Positions 14,803-24,881 of a stretch of 30,518 nucleotides of DNA are shown piece after piece; position 1 is the stretch's first letter; every line of letters starts with the position of its first letter. Origin of the DNA: a virus. Both the position numbers and the translations under genes were made by a program. The stretch lies in the IMG/VR virus record IMGVR_UViG_3300045988_043100, positions 1-30,518 of that record; one strand, written 5' to 3'. The notes under the pieces were generated by a model. The model did no database searches, was not told the origin of the DNA, and was given only the letters and a program-made list of their open reading frames with translations.

Positions 14803-16926
14803 CTAATTGTACTGAATCGCAGGGGATTGGGATTCAACCGAACGAATGTCCGGTACAAGCGCCCGAGCCATTTCTTTGCCGTTGACATTGAACACAATTT
14901 CCCGGCTTGCATTGCCGGATACGGCCATAGCCAGCATACCGGCGGCCTGGGTCAATGCGTTTTCGGAAGTAAACCGGGGCGTAGATGCCGCAACCGGAGA
15001 CATTGCGCTGTTTGCCGCCGCCACACTTGCCGCAGCGCCGGGGACAAACTCGGCCATTACAGCCCGGGCCGCAGCCACGGCGTCCTGTGCCACACTTACA
15101 GCGGCGTCAATCACGGTTTGCCGTCCGTCCTCGATGCCGGCAGCCATGCTCTCGTCGAAGAATTTTCCGCTTTCCTCTGCCCCGGATGTATCGGTTTCCA
15201 AATCGAATTCGGCTGCCATATCTCCGGTGTCGGCGGAATCCATCACGGCTTCGCTCAGGCTCTGCATGGCTTCTTCTGCGTTGGGGATAGCCGCTTCGAT
15301 ACCATCCGCAACGCCCAAGCCGATATTCTTGCCGATCTGGTCACGGAACAAGCGAGAAGGAGACTTGATGCCCAGGAACGACTTTGCACCGTCCACCACA
15401 TCACCAAAGAAGCCTTTGACCTTGCCAACGACCCAGTCTTTTGCAGCTTTAATGCCTTCCCAGATACCTTTTACGATCTCTTTGCCGATATCGATAATGC
15501 TTCCCATCAAAGCGCCGATGCCTTCGACGATGGCGGCGATGATCTGAGGAAGGGCAGCGATCAAATCGGGGATGGCTTTGATGATGCCACTGATAAGGCT
15601 CTTCAGTAGGTCCATACCGCCGGAAACAATAGCGGGAAGAGCGCTCGAAATATAATTGGTAATAGCCTTTATGACTTCTGGAAGCTTTGCAACCATGCTA
15701 GGGATGGCTCCAATAATGCCATCCACCAAACTTCCCAAAAACTCAAAACCTTTTTGGATAATACCCGGCATATTTTCAGCCAGGAAATTATAGAAATTGG
15801 CGATAATGTCCGGGATGCGAACAAGCATCTCGGGAATGTACTGCAAGATGCCGTCCGTGAGCATTGTGAGCAGTTCCGAACCAACAGCAACGATGGTCGG
15901 CCACATCTCCTGAAGCGCCGTGACGATGGATGTGATGATGGTCGGAAGCGCTTCCAGCAAAGAGGGTAATGCCGTTACTATCCCGTTTGCCAAAGCTGTG
16001 ATAATTTGCACGCCAGCATCCAGCAAAGGGGGTAGAATTTGCTCAATCAAAACAGGGAACGCCTCGGAAATGATAGGAGCCAATTCCACGATAAGGTTTC
16101 CGACGCCGGACAGAATCTCAATCAGCCGGGGTAGAATATTTTCGGCCGCGGTTGATACGGCTGAGACGAAGTTTTCGACAAGGGCGTCGAAATTTGCATT
16201 GCTGTCTCCCATGCCGGTCAGAAGGTTTTCCCATGCCGCTTTTGCAGCATTCAGAGACCCCTCGATAGTTGTGCTTGCTTCTTTTGCAGTGGTGCCCGTG
16301 ATCCCCATTTCGGTTTGGATCACATGGATGGCGTCAACCACATCAGCATAGCTGGATATATCGTAGTGTATGCCGGAGATAGCTTCTGCATCAGCCAAAA
16401 GCCGTTGCATTTCTTCTTTCGTGCCGCCATAACCAAGCTTGAGGTTGTCAAGCATGGTGTAATTCTGCTTAGCAAAACCCTGGTACGCGTACTGGATGGA
16501 TTCCATTGTGGTGCCCATCTTGTTTGCGTTATCTGACATGTCTGTGATTGCCAGATTTGCCTTTTCTGCGGCTGCCGCCGTGTCTCCATCAAGGCTTTGC
16601 AAAAGCGATGCAGAAAAGCTGGTTACGGTGTCCATGTACTGGTTCGCGGAAAGTCCTGCCGTTTTGTATGCATTTTCCGCATATCCCATTACAATGTCGG
16701 CGCTATCCTTGAAGAGCGTTTCTACACCGCCAGTAAGTTGCTCATAGTTTGCATAGGCGTCAAGGGATTGCTTTGCAAGAACACCGACAGCAGCACCTGC
16801 CGCACTAGCTCCGACGGCAATGCCCTTTAGTGCGCCTTTTGCTATACCACCCAGCTTGGACAATCCGGCTTTAAAACCGCTATTGTCCAGCTCTGTTCCG
16901 ATTTTTACAGTACCGTCGTTTGCCAT
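14803..16926 (-). CDS. Tail tape measure protein.
   Basis: 707 aa, Ala/Gly/Ile-rich, with repeated helical segments. It follows the two tail-chaperone genes. Confidence 0.85.
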   Translation of the reverse strand: MANDGTVKIGTELDNSGFKAGLSKLGGIAKGALKGIAVGASAAGAAVGVLAKQSLDAYANYEQLTGGVETLFKDSADIVMGYAENAYKTAGLSANQYMDTVTSFSASLLQSLDGDTAAAAEKANLAITDMSDNANKMGTTMESIQYAYQGFAKQNYTMLDNLKLGYGGTKEEMQRLLADAEAISGIHYDISSYADVVDAIHVIQTEMGITGTTAKEASTTIEGSLNAAKAAWENLLTGMGDSNANFDALVENFVSAVSTAAENILPRLIEILSGVGNLIVELAPIISEAFPVLIEQILPPLLDAGVQIITALANGIVTALPSLLEALPTIITSIVTALQEMWPTIVAVGSELLTMLTDGILQYIPEMLVRIPDIIANFYNFLAENMPGIIQKGFEFLGSLVDGIIGAIPSMVAKLPEVIKAITNYISSALPAIVSGGMDLLKSLISGIIKAIPDLIAALPQIIAAIVEGIGALMGSIIDIGKEIVKGIWEGIKAAKDWVVGKVKGFFGDVVDGAKSFLGIKSPSRLFRDQIGKNIGLGVADGIEAAIPNAEEAMQSLSEAVMDSADTGDMAAEFDLETDTSGAEESGKFFDESMAAGIEDGRQTVIDAAVSVAQDAVAAARAVMAEFVPGAAASVAAANSAMSPVAASTPRFTSENALTQAAGMLAMAVSGNASREIVFNVNGKEMARALVPDIRSVESQSPAIQYN

Positions 16927-17031
16927 AAAATCACCCCTTTGGGTGAGCTATGGCACTAAGGCACTTTCAGCTCAAATTCTTTTTTGCAGGTCTTGCACTT
17001 AAGCCACACGCCCTTGCACGCTGCATCCTTT

Positions 17032-17643
17032 TCAATGAGCACTTGGGCGTTTGCCGCTCCGCAATGCGGACACCTGGCTTTGTGCTTCTGCCTGTCGTTT
17101 ACGCACATACGCTATGAATTCCTCTTTTGTCCTGCACCTGGTTTCCACCTTTTCCAGCGCATACCGCTTTTTCATTTCCCGGTAAAAAGGTCGTTGATCT
17201 TTCGGCACTTTTTTCAGGTCAATGGTGCGGTACATCATTATCTTGCACATCTGACAATCTTCGGGAAGCGATTTAAAAAGCGCCTTGAAGCGCCACCAGT
17301 GCAGCCGTTCGGCGGTCAGGTCGATGCCGTAAGAATCCATAAAGGCGGAGAAAATGAACTCGCTGTCCTTTTCAAAGTCAAAGGCGATGTCCTTTTTCTC
17401 TCCGTCCGTCGGATTCTCGGTGGATGCCCCGGCGTAAAATTTTACAGCGGCATCCAGGCCGCTTTTGGTCATGGGAAGGGATGCTTCGTCCATGATTTCG
17501 CACAAAGATTTTGCCTTTTCCTCTTCGGTTTTGCCGGAAAGGAGAGCAGCTTGAAACCTGATCCAAAAACGGAAATCGGTGTCGATCGGGTGCTCTACGC
17601 CGTCAATCGTGATGGATTCCGGCGGGGATTCGTACAGGCTCAC
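17032..17643 (-). CDS. Tail assembly chaperone (Gp15/gpT-like). It lies in the -1 frame relative to the upstream chaperone and overlaps it at GTGA.
   Basis: Position between the major tail and tape measure genes. Acidic protein. Confidence 0.55.
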   Translation of the reverse strand: MSLYESPPESITIDGVEHPIDTDFRFWIRFQAALLSGKTEEEKAKSLCEIMDEASLPMTKSGLDAAVKFYAGASTENPTDGEKKDIAFDFEKDSEFIFSAFMDSYGIDLTAERLHWWRFKALFKSLPEDCQMCKIMMYRTIDLKKVPKDQRPFYREMKKRYALEKVETRCRTKEEFIAYVRKRQAEAQSQVSALRSGKRPSAH

Positions 17644-17999
17644 CGCTTCATTTTGGCAACGGTCATCAGCTTCTGAATTTCGGGCCGTGCCATCAGGTCT
17701 TTGACTTCCGCCAGCCGCGCTTCACTTCTTGCCTTTCTGGCCGGGGCATCGTAGGCGGCGATAATGTCCATGCAGGCTTTCAGCAGGTCGTTGGTGTCCA
17801 CTTCTTCCACGGCAGGCAGAGCGCCGGGGGCCAGAGATTCCACGAAAGCGTGCATCTTTTCAACCTCTTCGCGCCAGGTGATTTCACCGCTTGTGTATCG
17901 GGCGTCCAGCTTACTCATTTCCTCGACGCCTTCGCCTACGGATAGAGTGCGGGGCGGAAGGTCGTAGTTTTTGCCAAGGATGGTAACTTTGTAACTCAT
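17640..17999 (-). CDS. Tail assembly chaperone (gpG-like).
   Basis: Small acidic protein directly after the major tail protein gene. Confidence 0.55.
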   Translation of the reverse strand: MSYKVTILGKNYDLPPRTLSVGEGVEEMSKLDARYTSGEITWREEVEKMHAFVESLAPGALPAVEEVDTNDLLKACMDIIAAYDAPARKARSEARLAEVKDLMARPEIQKLMTVAKMKR

Positions 18000-18014
18000 T
18001 TTTCGCTCTCCTTT

Positions 18015-18527
18015 TTAAACTGCGGAATAGGTGTACTCGGTTGGCATTGCGCCGATCTTTTTGAAGTCCACAGAGATTGCGGAACTCTCGCCAGCGTTGC
18101 CGCCGCCGTCGCTGTTCACGATCACGGACACTGTGCCTTTTTCGCCCTTGCCAGTCAGGACATTGAAGTACACATAGGGCACAATCACGGCGTTACCGGT
18201 GCCGTACTTGATCTTGTGGGAGAAGATGAAGTCCTGAGCACCATCGCCGATGTACCGGTCACCGGTCACAGCAAAGGTGCGCTGTGTGCCGGTCTTGGTA
18301 GTAGTCTGACCAGCCCGGATGTAAGTTTTGTCCTGTGTGATGGGGTTCAACTGGGCGTCCAGGCCAGCAATGCCCCTCTGCACAACCTCATAGTCCTTTT
18401 CGCTGGTTTCCTCGCCGGTCACGCCGATGGCAAACACCCAGTCGTCATTTGTAACCCAGCCATCAAAGTCAGGGTTGGGGGTGTAGCCGGCCATCAGTTC
18501 GGACACTTTAAAAGATTTGGCAGCCAT
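18015..18527 (-). CDS. Major tail protein (phi13/TP901-1 family).
   Basis: 170 aa, Thr/Gly-rich, matching the size and composition of the family. Located upstream of the chaperones. Confidence 0.7.
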   Translation of the reverse strand: MAAKSFKVSELMAGYTPNPDFDGWVTNDDWVFAIGVTGEETSEKDYEVVQRGIAGLDAQLNPITQDKTYIRAGQTTTKTGTQRTFAVTGDRYIGDGAQDFIFSHKIKYGTGNAVIVPYVYFNVLTGKGEKGTVSVIVNSDGGGNAGESSAISVDFKKIGAMPTEYTYSAV

Positions 18528-18542
18528 ATTGTTTTCACTCCT

Positions 18543-18974
18543 CTACTCGTAATAGCGGACACGGCATTGGAACATATACTTGGCCGTACCCTCGTTGTTG
18601 TCTATGCCCGCAAAATTGGGCATATTCTGCAAATTTTGGATGGACAAAACCTTGCTCGGTGAGAAGTCAGGGAAATTCCCAGCCTTGTTCTGCTCGTCAA
18701 TCCAGTCCATAAAGTCCTGCACAGCCTGGGTCTCGTCTGCGTTGATGTCGCTCGTGCCGGTGTCAGCCTGTGCGATTTTCACCACGGCAAAGTCCCATTG
18801 TTTGATGCCGTAGCCCCGGACATATTTCTTTTCCCAGGTTTCGCCGGAGACCGTCTGAACGGATGTGTTCCCGATCTGGTCAACCATGGAATTGAAAAAA
18901 AGGAACGATTGCAGGCCGGGGTACTGCCGCAGATATTCCAACATTGCGGTGTTCTTGTTATCCATTGCAATCAT
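18543..18974 (-). CDS. Tail completion / tail terminator-like protein.
   Basis: The call is based on its position in the head-tail joining cluster. Confidence 0.4.
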   Translation of the reverse strand: MIAMDNKNTAMLEYLRQYPGLQSFLFFNSMVDQIGNTSVQTVSGETWEKKYVRGYGIKQWDFAVVKIAQADTGTSDINADETQAVQDFMDWIDEQNKAGNFPDFSPSKVLSIQNLQNMPNFAGIDNNEGTAKYMFQCRVRYYE

Positions 18975-19312
18975 CCCTTCTTCTTGATGTAGGCGGTTAT
19001 GTCGTCCGCCAGCTGCTGCCCCTTGGCTACTTTCATAGCCTGGTCCCAGCGAGATGTGGCAAGCGGGTGTTTGTCCTGAGAGAAGTTCAAGCCATCGCCA
19101 TCATACACCCGGTGAGCGTATGGTACTTTGTAATGGACATAGTCTTTGGTAATGTCCACCGTTTGGTCGAGCATACCGGTGTCCATGGGCACATAGGGGG
19201 AGCAGTAGGCGTGGAGACGGGTATTCGCGTATACCTTCACGCCGTCCCCGATAATGCGCCGAATGGTCTTTGCTTCGTTTTCCAGCTTGACTTCCTTTAC
19301 GGATATTTTCAC
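18971..19312 (-). CDS. HK97 gp10-like head-tail joining protein.
   Basis: The call is based on size (113 aa) and position. Confidence 0.4.
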   Translation of the reverse strand: MKISVKEVKLENEAKTIRRIIGDGVKVYANTRLHAYCSPYVPMDTGMLDQTVDITKDYVHYKVPYAHRVYDGDGLNFSQDKHPLATSRWDQAMKVAKGQQLADDITAYIKKKG

Positions 19313-19314
19313 GC

Positions 19315-19752
19315 TTACACCCCCTCTATATGGTAGTGCTCCAACGCTTCGACCGTTCCGGTGTTGTCCTGGAACAGCTTGATGATGAACGCTTCCGGCT
19401 TGTGGGCGTTGACTATGCTCTGCACCGTGCTTGGCGTGATTTCCTCGGTGATCTCGCCCCGGATGATGTAATCACCGGTGGAGAAGGTAAAGCCATCCAT
19501 GGATCCCTTCCACTCGTTGTATGGGTGGTAGTCGGCAGACTTTGGCACACGCACGACAAACACATTGCCGACGGTGGCGTTATTGCCGTCCATACTACGC
19601 TCGGCCCGACCGGACCAGGAGCAGTTGTGCAGCACGGTGGCTTTCCATACATCCAATTTGGTTGCGCTGTCCCGGGCGGACAGCTTGTTAAGCACGGTGA
19701 TGGTGTAATCAAAGGTGGGGAGCATTTGCCCGGGCTTCCAACTTATACGCAT
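19315..19752 (-). CDS. Head closure / head-tail adaptor protein.
   Basis: The call is based on its position after the gp6-like connector. Confidence 0.4.
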   Translation of the reverse strand: MRISWKPGQMLPTFDYTITVLNKLSARDSATKLDVWKATVLHNCSWSGRAERSMDGNNATVGNVFVVRVPKSADYHPYNEWKGSMDGFTFSTGDYIIRGEITEEITPSTVQSIVNAHKPEAFIIKLFQDNTGTVEALEHYHIEGV

Positions 19753-20072
19753 ACGCTCACCAACTCCACGGGAAGGATTTCCACGATGCGGTCATACACG
19801 CTCGCCCACTTCTGATCTCGTGTCTGAGCGTCTGCAAAGGAAACGGATACTCCGTCATTCGAGAAGCTAGACACATCAAACACGCCGCTTGCATCGTCGT
19901 ATTCCTGGTCGATAATCAGCGTCATGCAGAGCCGGATATCATCATCCGGTTCTGTGATGCGGTTCTGCGTCCAGTAATCCAGGCGCTTTCGGGCCAGAAG
20001 TTCCAGCCGGTGGAAGTCACTTTCCGGCGCTTTTCCGCCCAGTGCTTTGTACTCTTCGGCTGTCAGGTACAT
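19743..20072 (-). CDS. gp6-like head-tail connector protein.
   Basis: 109 aa, directly after the major capsid protein gene. Confidence 0.45.
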   Translation of the reverse strand: MYLTAEEYKALGGKAPESDFHRLELLARKRLDYWTQNRITEPDDDIRLCMTLIIDQEYDDASGVFDVSSFSNDGVSVSFADAQTRDQKWASVYDRIVEILPVELVSVCV

Positions 20073-20144
20073 TCTTTTCGCCCTCCTTCTCAGAGGGGGG
20101 CGCCGGTGCTTTTGGCTGCACCGGAAGCCCCACAGTTCTGTCCA

Positions 20145-21017
20145 TTAGCCTGCCGCCTTGTGGCTCAGAACAATGCCCTTCGCCTTGTTGTCGTACACTT
20201 CCGCGATCCCATACTTGCGGTACTTCATCATGTAAGCATCGAAGGTCTGGTTGGCGGCGGGAGAAATGACATCAGAGGCAACATGCTTGTCATACTTAAT
20301 GATGGCAGGCTTGTAGATGATCATAAAATTGATGTCCGCGCCGGTGCTTGCGGTTTTCTGGTAGTTCCCGGCATCGGTGTCCAGGAGGTCGATCTGGGTG
20401 TAGAACCGGCTCTGAGGAACGGCCACGATCCCGGCAAAGCTGTCCAGGATGCCGCTGCTGATGTAGGTTTTCACATTCTGCGCCAGTCGGTACAGCGTGG
20501 GGGTGATCTTGAGATAGCGCTCGGTGGCGGGGACTTCGGCTTCGTCCATAGCGGTCATAGCGGCAACCAAAGCGTCCAGCACTTCTTCTCCGCTGGAATA
20601 GGTCACGCCGCTGCTTGCAAGGTCAGTGATTCCAGAAGTACCGGCCAGCTTGGCATAGGTAAAGGCATCAGCTTCGGGGGCAACCATATTCCGCATGAAC
20701 TCGGCGCCCAGCTGCCCAAAGGCCAGATTGATGCTCTCTTCGTTGTCCATGGTGTCTACCTGGAACAGCAACCCACGGTCGTAGTTGAACTTCTTGGTTT
20801 CCCACTCCAGCTGAACATTGCCGGTTTTGTAGCCGGTGCCGCGGTCATAGTTCCGCAGGCCGCTCATGCTCATTTTGGGGACTAGAATTTCTTCGGCGTT
20901 CGCCCCAGCCCGGACGATGTCACCGGAGCTGGTCAGATCAGCAGCGGTGGAAGCCAGCTTGTAGACCTCGTCTAGCATATCGATATAGTTTTTTGCCAGT
21001 GCAATAGTATTTGCCAC
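20145..21017 (-). CDS. Major capsid protein (HK97 fold).
   Basis: 290 aa, following the scaffold gene, with composition typical of a capsid protein. Confidence 0.75.
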   Translation of the reverse strand: MANTIALAKNYIDMLDEVYKLASTAADLTSSGDIVRAGANAEEILVPKMSMSGLRNYDRGTGYKTGNVQLEWETKKFNYDRGLLFQVDTMDNEESINLAFGQLGAEFMRNMVAPEADAFTYAKLAGTSGITDLASSGVTYSSGEEVLDALVAAMTAMDEAEVPATERYLKITPTLYRLAQNVKTYISSGILDSFAGIVAVPQSRFYTQIDLLDTDAGNYQKTASTGADINFMIIYKPAIIKYDKHVASDVISPAANQTFDAYMMKYRKYGIAEVYDNKAKGIVLSHKAAG

Positions 21018-21020
21018 TGT

Positions 21021-21599
21021 TTACTCTCCTTTCGCAATCGGAAGGCCCATCACCTTCCGCATCATTCTTTCGTTGTTGTCGCTGTCAGCCCAGGAGCCAG
21101 TCACCCCAGGCACCTTCACCGGTTCCTGCTGGGGATTCTTCCAGATGCCTGCCGCATCCTTGGTGAGAGCATCAAACAGCTCCTTGTCACCCTTGCCGGT
21201 GTTGGCAGGGTCACTGATAGCCTTATTGAACGCATCCAGCAGGCCGCTCTCGGCAAACTGGGAAGAGAAATCCCGGTCGCCTTTGACCTTGCCAAACCGT
21301 TCCACCAGTGCGGCGTGTGCGGCGGCTTCCTGTTCGGCTTTCTGCCGTGCTTCGTCAGCCTGCTTGTACTTGTCCAGCTCGGCCTGGAGGGCTTCGGTGT
21401 CGCCCTTTGCCGCTTCCAGGGTGGCGATAGTGTCCTTTGCGGTTTTCAGATCGTCCTTGGCCTTTTTCACATCGGCATCGTACTTGCCTTTAGCGACATA
21501 CTCGCCGCCGGACAGGTCGGCCAGCTTCATTTCCTTGGTACGCTCGGTAAACTGTTCCAGCGTCAGGCTTTCGCCCTTGAAGATTTCGGTGAAGTCCAT
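21021..21599 (-). CDS. Scaffolding protein. The start has been trimmed to the ATG at 21599 (MDFTEIFKG...).
   Basis: Coiled-coil, Lys/Glu/Ala-rich. AAAGGA RBS. The upstream 73 codons of the ORF lack coding character. Confidence 0.65.
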   Translation of the reverse strand: MDFTEIFKGESLTLEQFTERTKEMKLADLSGGEYVAKGKYDADVKKAKDDLKTAKDTIATLEAAKGDTEALQAELDKYKQADEARQKAEQEAAAHAALVERFGKVKGDRDFSSQFAESGLLDAFNKAISDPANTGKGDKELFDALTKDAAGIWKNPQQEPVKVPGVTGSWADSDNNERMMRKVMGLPIAKGE

Positions 21600-21814
21600 T
21601 TGTTTGTCCTTTCTGCCCCTAAATGGTTTTGATTTGTAAGGCCGCTGCACCACAGCGTGAGGGCCGGTGCTATAAACCCCTGCACCAAGGGGAAAATGGT
21701 GCCCGCCCGGTTCGTGCGCCGTTGTGGGCATATAAAAAAGCGTGAGCAACCTGCATTTCTGCAAGTTACCCACGCTCGGGTCTTCCGGCGGAACGCTTAC
21801 CGCCGGGAAGATGT

Positions 21815-21934
21815 TCACTTGATTTCTTTCCGTTGCACCTGTATCACCTTCACCCCGTCCTTAACGGGGATCAGCTCCACACGATATCCTTTGGAAAGGA
21901 TGCTTTCAATGGCTTTTATGGTTTGCTCCGACAT
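21815..21934 (-). CDS. Possible small ORF (39 aa; MSEQTIKAIESILSKGYRVELIPVKDGVKVIQVQRKEIK).
   Basis: Lies in an otherwise non-coding gap of about 650 nt between the minor head and scaffold genes. The RBS is weak. Confidence 0.25.
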   Translation of the reverse strand: MSEQTIKAIESILSKGYRVELIPVKDGVKVIQVQRKEIK

Positions 21935-22075
21935 ACAGCACCTATATCTTTCCATGCTTCGTAAATTTTTGGCCCCTGAAATGCAATCCAGTCAATCATT
22001 TCTTCGTTTTTCGCCCATCCTCTTGGAGACTGCATGGCGCTGTCAGCAAGGCCGCTTTCGTAAGGATGTTTATTG

Positions 22076-22228
22076 TCATTTTTCAAACCACCATTCGTTA
22101 TGCATAGGACAACCGATACATTTACCTGTCGGTATTTTCCTTCCAATGTTGCACCCAGCAAATATAGCGGACGGGCTTGCTCTTCCGATTTTCCGGAATA
22201 CTCTGCACATGAACGGGATCTTCTTCAT
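22076..22228 (-). CDS. Possible small Cys-containing ORF (50 aa).
   Basis: TAAGGAG lies 5 nt upstream of the ATG at 22228, immediately after the stop of the minor head gene. Confidence 0.35.
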   Translation of the reverse strand: MKKIPFMCRVFRKIGRASPSAIFAGCNIGRKIPTGKCIGCPMHNEWWFEK

Positions 22229-22254
22229 CGTGTCTCCTTAATCTCCATTCCATG

Positions 22255-23442
22255 TTATTTACCTTTTCCTTTCATACTCCGGGTACGCTCCATCTGCACC
22301 GTCAGCCCCGCCTGCTCACTAAACCGCTTATACTCCGCTGTCAGCGCTGCCGACTTCTTCCATGCCTGTGTCACTCCCAGCTTATCGCCAGCCGCCACAC
22401 AAGCGTCCCGCTCGTCCTTTGCATACCGGATCGCCGTCTCAAGCCGTCTTTGCCGCTGGGATGCATCATACCGGCTCATGGTTTTGGTCACGGTGTTTCC
22501 TTTACGGTCGGTGGTTTGGTATGTGATCTTTTGGTTTGATCTCCGGTTGATCTCCGCCAGCTCCGACCGGCTGTAAACTGGCTTGCTCACGCCCAGGATG
22601 ATAGGCGTGGTGAAGTGGCGGCAGTTCAGTGTTCCGATGGGCCGCTTCAATCGGCTGTTGATCCGTTCGAACTCCGCAAGGCTGTACTGCCGTCCCTGGA
22701 TGTGCTGGTGGTCTGGTGCGCAAATGGCATGGGCGGAGATTTCCACGCCATCCGCTCCGAACTCCCGGCCAGTCTGCTCCATCATCTGGCTGTTCAGCCG
22801 CCGGACGCCTTCCAACAGGTTCATTCTGGTCTGGCTGTCCAGCCGCCGGGAATAGCCAGAATCGAAGGTGACACGCCGCAGGCCGCTGCGGGCCATTTCT
22901 TTTATTGTGGAGCGCATTGCCGTGTAGTAATCCACCGTGCCGGTTTGTGCAAAGGTGATCGCTCTGTCTATGGCCTGGATGTAATATTCACGCAATGGAA
23001 TGATACGCTTTCCTGATTTGAAGCCAATCATTGTGGTGTTTGAAATATTGATCACGCCAGCGGCTGCCGTGGCCTTTGCAGCTTCAACAAAGGCGTTGAG
23101 CGCTGCGTTTTCGGCGTAGCTGCCGACCGCCTGCATTCCCCGGGCTTTGTAATAAGTATTTGCAAAGTCCACATTTTCCTTTGCCACATCTTCAAACATG
23201 GCTTCAAGGTCTTTTTCATTCAGCCCCATGATTCGGGCCAGCTCTTTCTGGATCGCCTGCAGGTCCGCACCGGCGTATTCAATAGCGGATTTCAGGCGGT
23301 GAGCGTCTGAAGGGGAGACCTTTCCGATTTTGCCGATCCTCTCGCACAAGCGTTTGACCACATAGTCGTTCAATGCTTGCATATTTTCAGCTATGGGATC
23401 GGGCAGGGAAGAGAGGTAGCTTTCAGATAGCAGCCTGCTCAT
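22255..23442 (-). CDS. Minor head / head morphogenesis protein (SPP1 gp7 family).
   Basis: 395 aa, directly after the portal gene. Family-typical central region. Confidence 0.75.
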   Translation of the reverse strand: MSRLLSESYLSSLPDPIAENMQALNDYVVKRLCERIGKIGKVSPSDAHRLKSAIEYAGADLQAIQKELARIMGLNEKDLEAMFEDVAKENVDFANTYYKARGMQAVGSYAENAALNAFVEAAKATAAAGVINISNTTMIGFKSGKRIIPLREYYIQAIDRAITFAQTGTVDYYTAMRSTIKEMARSGLRRVTFDSGYSRRLDSQTRMNLLEGVRRLNSQMMEQTGREFGADGVEISAHAICAPDHQHIQGRQYSLAEFERINSRLKRPIGTLNCRHFTTPIILGVSKPVYSRSELAEINRRSNQKITYQTTDRKGNTVTKTMSRYDASQRQRRLETAIRYAKDERDACVAAGDKLGVTQAWKKSAALTAEYKRFSEQAGLTVQMERTRSMKGKGK

Positions 23443-24814
23443 CCTGTGTCACTTCCTGCATCAAATCAGCCCCGGTTTCCTCGTTGATCTGCTCCACCGC
23501 TGCACGGGCGGTCGGTTCGTCCTCGTCGGTGAGGAATTGGCGAATTTCCCAGTCCGCAATGGCTCCTACGCCGTTTGCCATCATCATCTGGTTAAAGGTC
23601 TGCGTCATGCTCTCGACGAATCCATAAGACCAATCGAACTTCACTTCCCAATCCCCAACCGGCACAGTGCCGTTCATGTTCAGCAATGCATCGATAGCGT
23701 CCAGAGCGTCCTTGATGCCCTTTTGCACAGCCTTACGGAAAGCGGTAATATAAGCAAAGGTCTGGTTAAGGCTTGCCCTGATTTCGTCTGTGTTGGTGTA
23801 GCGCAGCTCCGAACGGGACAGGATGCCATAGGACAAGCCAATGCACATTTCCACCATTCGCAAATCAACCTGGATTGCCAGTTCGTGCTGATCGCCTTGC
23901 AGGGCAGGGGAGTATTCCTGGATGCGGCTGCCGATTCCACCGTCCCCGCCACGCATCATCATGTATGTGGTGTCGCTGTCGGGGAGAATGTATCGCTCGT
24001 TGCCGTCCTTGATTTCTTTGCGGAATAGGGTCTTGTCCGCAAACACCTTGGTTTGCTTTGCCCGGTATTCCCGGTTAAATCGCTCGTAAGCATCTACGGC
24101 GTGTTTCATGGCCTTGTCTGCCCCGTGGGTGATCTCCACGCCGTTAGCCCCGTTCACATTCAGACGGTTCACGGTGGGGGACTTGATGCGGCCAAACAGA
24201 GGCTTTGAGTAATTCGGGATAATATAGTTGTCAGGCAAATCACGCCATGCCGCCGGGAATTTTGCATCGTCCTTGCTGATCTCCGTGTCGTTGCGGTAGA
24301 ACAGATTGTAGACCAGAACGGCGCTTGTTTCCTGACCGCTTTCTGTCACAGCGTCCCGGACCATCTGAACTTCAAACCGTTGGTAAACGGTTCCGTTATC
24401 ATCCTTGATCTCTCCGGTTTTCAGTACACACGCCAGGATGTCATTCCCGATGCTCTCGCACACCCGGAAATCTCCGTCCTGATTGCTGATGATGTCCAGG
24501 CCGTATCGCTTGCCATCTGTGTAGGGCCGGAGCACGCCGTCACCAGTGCCCAATGCAACCTTACCGGCCACCGGCCAGCGTTCCTCGGCGTAGTTCTCCA
24601 CGAAATCCCGGAACCATTGCGCCCGGGCAGATGTGCCTTCAATGTAAATTTTGCTGTCCTGAAAAGCCAGCGTGGCGATTTTGTTTGCGGCAATCGCCGT
24701 CAGATTCACGCCTGACAAGTCGGAATACTTGAATGTGGACGGCGCAGGAATCTGTTGCAGCTCCAGGCCGAACCGGCGAGCGATGGCGGTTATGATAGTT
24801 TGAATGTAGTTCAA
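23423..24814 (-). CDS. Portal protein.
   Basis: 463 aa, between the large terminase and the gp7-like gene. Confidence 0.8.
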   Translation of the reverse strand: MNYIQTIITAIARRFGLELQQIPAPSTFKYSDLSGVNLTAIAANKIATLAFQDSKIYIEGTSARAQWFRDFVENYAEERWPVAGKVALGTGDGVLRPYTDGKRYGLDIISNQDGDFRVCESIGNDILACVLKTGEIKDDNGTVYQRFEVQMVRDAVTESGQETSAVLVYNLFYRNDTEISKDDAKFPAAWRDLPDNYIIPNYSKPLFGRIKSPTVNRLNVNGANGVEITHGADKAMKHAVDAYERFNREYRAKQTKVFADKTLFRKEIKDGNERYILPDSDTTYMMMRGGDGGIGSRIQEYSPALQGDQHELAIQVDLRMVEMCIGLSYGILSRSELRYTNTDEIRASLNQTFAYITAFRKAVQKGIKDALDAIDALLNMNGTVPVGDWEVKFDWSYGFVESMTQTFNQMMMANGVGAIADWEIRQFLTDEDEPTARAAVEQINEETGADLMQEVTQDEQAAI

Positions 24815-24881
24815 TCGACTTCACCTCACATATAGGAAACGAAAACGGATAAAACAAACCCGATCGTCGCGAGAATAAGCA

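Noticed and set aside
17640-17670. Programmed -1 ribosomal frameshift between the tail chaperones.
   Set aside because: No canonical X XXY YYZ slippery heptamer precedes the stop, and the downstream ORF has its own GTG. The frameshift is therefore unproven.
21916-22161. 81-aa ORF with a TTG start.
   Set aside because: The start is non-ATG and the ORF overlaps the 50-aa ORF, which has a strong RBS. It is kept only as a note under the gap finding.
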